Part shown: piece after piece, positions 24,499-27,590 of the stretch
How positions within the stretch are numbered: the first letter of the stretch is position 1
How the letters are laid out: the number at the start of each line of letters is the position of its first letter
Source: Elusimicrobia bacterium RIFCSPLOWO2_01_FULL_64_13
GTDB lineage: Bacteria > Elusimicrobiota > Elusimicrobia > 2-02-FULL-39-32
NCBI GenBank assembly: GCA_001800095.1
Contig: MGUT01000037.1
Coordinates: forward strand, 1,019 to 28,608
Direction: 5' to 3'
DNA length: 27,590 nucleotides
The notes under the pieces: model-generated
Databases searched by the model: none
The model's input: the letters and a program-made list of their open reading frames with translations, nothing else
What the model was told of the DNA's origin: nothing
Made by a program: the position numbers and the translations under genes

Positions 24499-24527
24499 TT
24501 GACTTTAGGACAATTGTCCTATAAAAT
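24499..24527 (+). promoter_or_regulatory. lexA promoter with a perfect 16-bp palindrome (candidate LexA operator) in the spacer
   Basis: TTGACT-N17-TAAAAT; the spacer contains TAGGACAATTGTCCTA (24506-24521). Confidence 0.72.
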
Positions 24528-24536
24528 AGAAAAGGC

Positions 24537-25145
24537 ATGAGACCCCTGAAAGAACGCGAAAAGAAGGTCCTGGGAGAGCTGTCCCGCTTTATAAGGGAAA
24601 GGGGCTACGCGCCCTCCCAGAGGGAGCTGGCGAAAATGGTCGGGGTGAAGTCCCCCAACACCATCGATTATTACCTTGAAAAACTCGAAAGCAAGGGCTG
24701 GCTCCGCTGTCATAAGAACCGCTTCCGCGCGGTGGAGCTGGCCGGCTCCGGAACGGGGATCCCCCTTCTCGGCAGCGTGCCGGCGGGCCCTCCGAACCTG
24801 GCCGCGGAGGACCGGGAGGAATGGAGCGGCGTCGACCCCTCCTGGGCGATACCGGGCGGGGCCGGGACCTTCGCCCTGCGGGTGAAGGGAGACAGCATGA
24901 AGGACGCGGGGATATTGGACGGGGACATCGCCGTCGTCCGGGTCCAGGCGACGGCGGAGAACGGCGCGGTCGTCGTGGCCAGGGCCGGGGACGAAACGAC
25001 GGTAAAATTCCTCAAACGCCGGGAAGACGGCGTCTGGCTCGTGCCGGCCAACCCGCGCTACCAGCCGGTCCAGCTCCGCAAGGGAGAGGACGGAGACGGC
25101 GCCGGCATCGCGGGCAGGGTCATCGCGGTCATCCGCAGATTGTAG
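24537..25145 (+). CDS. lexA: SOS repressor LexA
   Basis: N-terminal wHTH (GYAPSQRELAKMVGVKSPNT); Ala-Gly cleavage site (VPAG); catalytic Ser (GDSM) and Lys (TVK). Confidence 0.92.
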   Translation: MRPLKEREKKVLGELSRFIRERGYAPSQRELAKMVGVKSPNTIDYYLEKLESKGWLRCHKNRFRAVELAGSGTGIPLLGSVPAGPPNLAAEDREEWSGVDPSWAIPGGAGTFALRVKGDSMKDAGILDGDIAVVRVQATAENGAVVVARAGDETTVKFLKRREDGVWLVPANPRYQPVQLRKGEDGDGAGIAGRVIAVIRRL

Positions 25146-25160
25146 GAGGGACTTTCCCCC

Positions 25161-25412
25161 GTGAAGATCAGCGAGGTCAACGAAAAAATCAAGGTCGCGG
25201 CCGTCTTCGACGGGGACGGCGTCTTCCCCCGCTGGTTCTTCTGGGGAAAGCGCAAGCGCGCCGTCACCAAGGTGGAGCACGTCTGGCGTTCCCGCGAAGG
25301 GGAGGCCCCTCTCCTCTTTTTCGCGGTGAGCGACGGGTGCAACGTCTACGAGCTCCGCTTGAACCAGAAGACCCTGGAATGGCGGCTGGAGAAGGTCTAT
25401 ATGGAGGGATGA
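25161..25412 (+). CDS. Small beta-rich protein, DUF6504-like (resembles the ImuB C-terminal module)
   Basis: 83 aa; GGAGGA then GTG; pattern P.WFFWGKRKRAVTKVEHVW...FAVSDG.NVYEL......W.LEKV. Family assignment is from memory. Confidence 0.55.
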   Translation: MKISEVNEKIKVAAVFDGDGVFPRWFFWGKRKRAVTKVEHVWRSREGEAPLLFFAVSDGCNVYELRLNQKTLEWRLEKVYMEG

Positions 25413-25421
25413 CGGCGGTTT

Positions 25422-25430
25422 TGGTATAAT
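25422..25430 (+). promoter_or_regulatory. Extended -10 promoter
   Basis: TGgTATAAT, 22 nt before the ATG at 25453; no clear -35. Confidence 0.55.
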
Positions 25431-25452
25431 GGGACCCAAGGAGATTGCGCCT

Positions 25453-25872
25453 ATGGAGAACGAACCGAAGCCCAGGAATATTTTAGTCATAGACGACGAC
25501 CGGGAGACCTGCGCTTTCTTCGAAGGCATCCTCGAACGCCAGGGTTTCAAGGTCGCCGTCGCCTACGACGGCAAAAGCGCCCTGGACCTCCTGGCGGCGG
25601 AAGCCGCGGGCGGCATCGACCTCATCATCCTGGACTTGATGATGCCGGGCTACGGCGGTTACGAGGTCTTGAAGGAACTGAAGCCCACGCGCCACGCCGC
25701 CGTCCCCATCTTCGTCGTGACGGCGCGCGTCCTCGATTCCGGGACCGTCCAGCTCATCCGCGCCGAAGCCAACGTCCGGGAGTTCTGGACCAAACCCGTC
25801 GACATCAAGAAATTCATCGACAAAACCCACGCCCTGTTCGGGACCCAGCCGCCGAAAAAAAAGCAGCCGTAG
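25453..25872 (+). CDS. Single-domain response regulator (CheY-like)
   Basis: ILVIDDD, ILDLMMP, WTKP. AAGGAG Shine-Dalgarno supports 25453; the ATG at 25429 overlaps the -10 element. Confidence 0.88.
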   Translation: MENEPKPRNILVIDDDRETCAFFEGILERQGFKVAVAYDGKSALDLLAAEAAGGIDLIILDLMMPGYGGYEVLKELKPTRHAAVPIFVVTARVLDSGTVQLIRAEANVREFWTKPVDIKKFIDKTHALFGTQPPKKKQP

Positions 25873-25879
25873 GCCGTCC

Positions 25880-26722
25880 ATGATCGATTATCGCTGCCCC
25901 TGCGGGACCCTCTACGAGGTTTCCGACGGGCACGCCGGGCGGGCGGTCGAGTGCTATAAGTGCGGCCGGACGGGCATCGTCTCCCCGCACAAAGTCCTGA
26001 CCCTGGCCGGAGTGGTCCTTTCCGGCGGCCTTCTCTTCATTCTCTTTCCGGTCCTGTCCTTGAGCGCGGGCGCGGCCCTTTCCATGACGATCCCCGGCTA
26101 CGAATATCTGGCGATGATCGGTCTCGGGCTCCTGGGAGCGGCCGGGGCCGTCGTCATCGCGGCATGGACCCGGGCCGCTTTTTCCATAGCCGCGGCCGGA
26201 GACGGCGCTGGATTGAAAAGCGCGTTCTCCCTGGCCCGGCGCGAGACCTCCTCTTTCCTTTGGACCGGGGTCCTGGCGGTCGGGACCGCGGCGGGCGGGG
26301 TCCTGCTCCTCGTCCTCCTGGGCTCCTTTTCGGACCGGGTCAAGGTCAAGTTCTCCGCCGCCCTATCGGACCTGGCGGCCCCGCCGGGTCCCGGAGATTC
26401 GTTCGAGGAGCTCTCCGCCGCGGTCCGGGACCGCGGACGCCCTCCCGAAGAACGCTGGTCCGCCCTGGGGCGCCTGGCCGGTTCGAAGGATCCCGGATTA
26501 TTGGACCTCCTGATCGAGGCCCTGGGATCGGATCCCGACAGCTACTTGAGGGAAAAAGCGGCGGTCCTTTTGGGAGAAACGGGCGACCGGCGCGCGGCCG
26601 GACCTCTGCGGCAAGCCCTCTCCGACGACGCGGTGGTCCTGGGCCCGGGTCCGGACGGCGGGATGACGAAAAAACGGCCGGTGGCGGAAGCGGCCGGATC
26701 GGCCCTCAAGAAGCTCCCTTGA
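25880..26722 (+). CDS. Membrane protein with an N-terminal Zn ribbon and C-terminal HEAT repeats
   Basis: CPCG...CYKCG; three hydrophobic segments; HEAT-like ERWSALGRL...LIEALGSDPDSYLREKAAVLLG...AAGSALKKL. Confidence 0.65.
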   Translation: MIDYRCPCGTLYEVSDGHAGRAVECYKCGRTGIVSPHKVLTLAGVVLSGGLLFILFPVLSLSAGAALSMTIPGYEYLAMIGLGLLGAAGAVVIAAWTRAAFSIAAAGDGAGLKSAFSLARRETSSFLWTGVLAVGTAAGGVLLLVLLGSFSDRVKVKFSAALSDLAAPPGPGDSFEELSAAVRDRGRPPEERWSALGRLAGSKDPGLLDLLIEALGSDPDSYLREKAAVLLGETGDRRAAGPLRQALSDDAVVLGPGPDGGMTKKRPVAEAAGSALKKLP

Positions 26723-26725
26723 CCC

Positions 26726-27253
26726 ATGCAGTCCCGCTGCGCGGTCCAGTTCGGGAACGACCGCAAAAAACTCATCCTGACCGGCCAGGACAACGAGACT
26801 CTTGAACACCTGGCCCTCAAGCTCGCGGGATTCGTTCTCTTCTTCGGCTGGGACCCCGTGGTGGAGATCAGCCCGAAGCATCCGGCCTTGAACGGCCAGG
26901 AATTCAGGCCGGACCTGGCCGCGTTCAATTCCGCCGGGGAGATATTCCTCTGGATCGAATGCGGGAACGTGACCACGCACAAACTCGACAAGATCATCCG
27001 CCGCAACCGCCAGGCCCGCATCGTGGTCCTCAAGGGAACGGAGCGGGAGGCCCATAACCTGCGCCGCGCCCTCGAAAAGAACGAGGTCACGGACGCCGGA
27101 CGCGTGGAGATCCTGGCCTTCCCGGAAGGGCGGATCCGGGAATGGGCGGGCATCCTCGACGATTCCGTCGAGGTCTACGGGGAGGTCTCGGAAAGGAGCT
27201 TCAACCTGGTGGCCAACGCCGTTCCGTTCGACTTCGATCTCATCGCCGTCTGA
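26726..27253 (+). CDS. yaeQ: YaeQ-family protein (PD-(D/E)xK nuclease-like fold)
   Basis: ETLEHLALKLAGF, RPDL, LWIECG and KLDKI match the YaeQ pattern. Confidence 0.78.
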   Translation: MQSRCAVQFGNDRKKLILTGQDNETLEHLALKLAGFVLFFGWDPVVEISPKHPALNGQEFRPDLAAFNSAGEIFLWIECGNVTTHKLDKIIRRNRQARIVVLKGTEREAHNLRRALEKNEVTDAGRVEILAFPEGRIREWAGILDDSVEVYGEVSERSFNLVANAVPFDFDLIAV

Positions 27254-27257
27254 CGCC

Positions 27258-27590
27258 ATGAACCTGAACGAAAGATTTCCCGTGACTCCGGCCAAGGCGG
27301 CGGCCCTCTGCGAGCGCATGCGGCGGCTGGGCGTCCGCGCGGCGGACATCGAAGAGACTTTCACCCGAGGGGGCGGCCGCGGAGGGCAGAAGATCAACAA
27401 GACCTCCAACCGGGTCGTCCTTTCCTATGCCCCCCTGGGGCTCGTGGTCCGGACGCAGAGGGAGAGGCAAAGGTCCCTCAACCGGTTTTTGGCCCTGCGC
27501 GAGCTGGTCGACCGAATCGAGATGCGGACCTCTCCCGGCACCTCCGCCCGCCTGAAGGAAATGGAGCGCGTCCGCAGGCAGAAGGCCCGC
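27258..27590 (+). CDS. Codon-independent peptidyl-tRNA hydrolase / release-factor-like protein (ArfB or mtRF-R type), partial at the window end
   Basis: Not in the ORF track; translated by hand: MNLNERFPVTPAKAAALCERMRRLGVRAADIEETFTRGGGRGGQKINKTSNRVVLSYAPLGLVVRTQRERQRSLNRFLALRELVDRIEMRTSPGTSARLKEMERVRRQKAR. GGQ motif, no codon-recognition domain, basic tail beginning. Confidence 0.85.
   Translation, partial: MNLNERFPVTPAKAAALCERMRRLGVRAADIEETFTRGGGRGGQKINKTSNRVVLSYAPLGLVVRTQRERQRSLNRFLALRELVDRIEMRTSPGTSARLKEMERVRRQKAR

Noticed and set aside
380-27409. Long antisense or alternate-frame ORFs (e.g. 380..1036+, 1576..3045+, 5763..6791+, 7417..8997+, 9089..10438-, 11459..12541-, 17069..18019+, 18244..19545+, 20537..21394+, 22167..23297+, 24519..25550-, 26498..27409-)
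   Set aside because: Shadow ORFs expected in high-GC DNA; each overlaps a gene with clear family motifs and has none of its own.

Overview
GC-rich (about 65-70%) bacterial chromosomal window. The gene style (PorV/PorQ-like barrel next to cargo with a gliding-motility-type C-terminal domain, many REC proteins) suggests Elusimicrobiota or a similar diderm lineage; this is inference only. Left to right: a coupled minus-strand secretion operon (1038-aa CBM/FN3/ZU5 surface protein, outer-membrane barrel, truncated CBM-like protein); a PilZ-like gene; a coupled operon of short FtsH, lipoprotein, OmpR-family regulator and membrane protein; a REC-histidine kinase, methyltransferase and O-antigen-ligase family operon; a low-GC 7TM-GAF adenylate cyclase; a two-component cluster; two small membrane proteins; a lipoprotein-TPR-TolC operon divergent from lexA plus a small ORF; and REC, Zn-ribbon/HEAT membrane protein, yaeQ and a truncated GGQ release-factor-like gene. 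I saw no rRNA, tRNA, CRISPR array or mobile element. The most interesting unannotated signals are (1) an 11-bp-period direct-repeat motif in three separate intergenic regions, suggesting a local OmpR-type regulon linking the surface protein, the cyclase and the regulator, (2) a perfect 16-bp palindrome filling the lexA promoter spacer, a candidate lineage-specific SOS box, and (3) a T9SS-like cargo/barrel cassette whose ligand-binding domains have foreign base composition.
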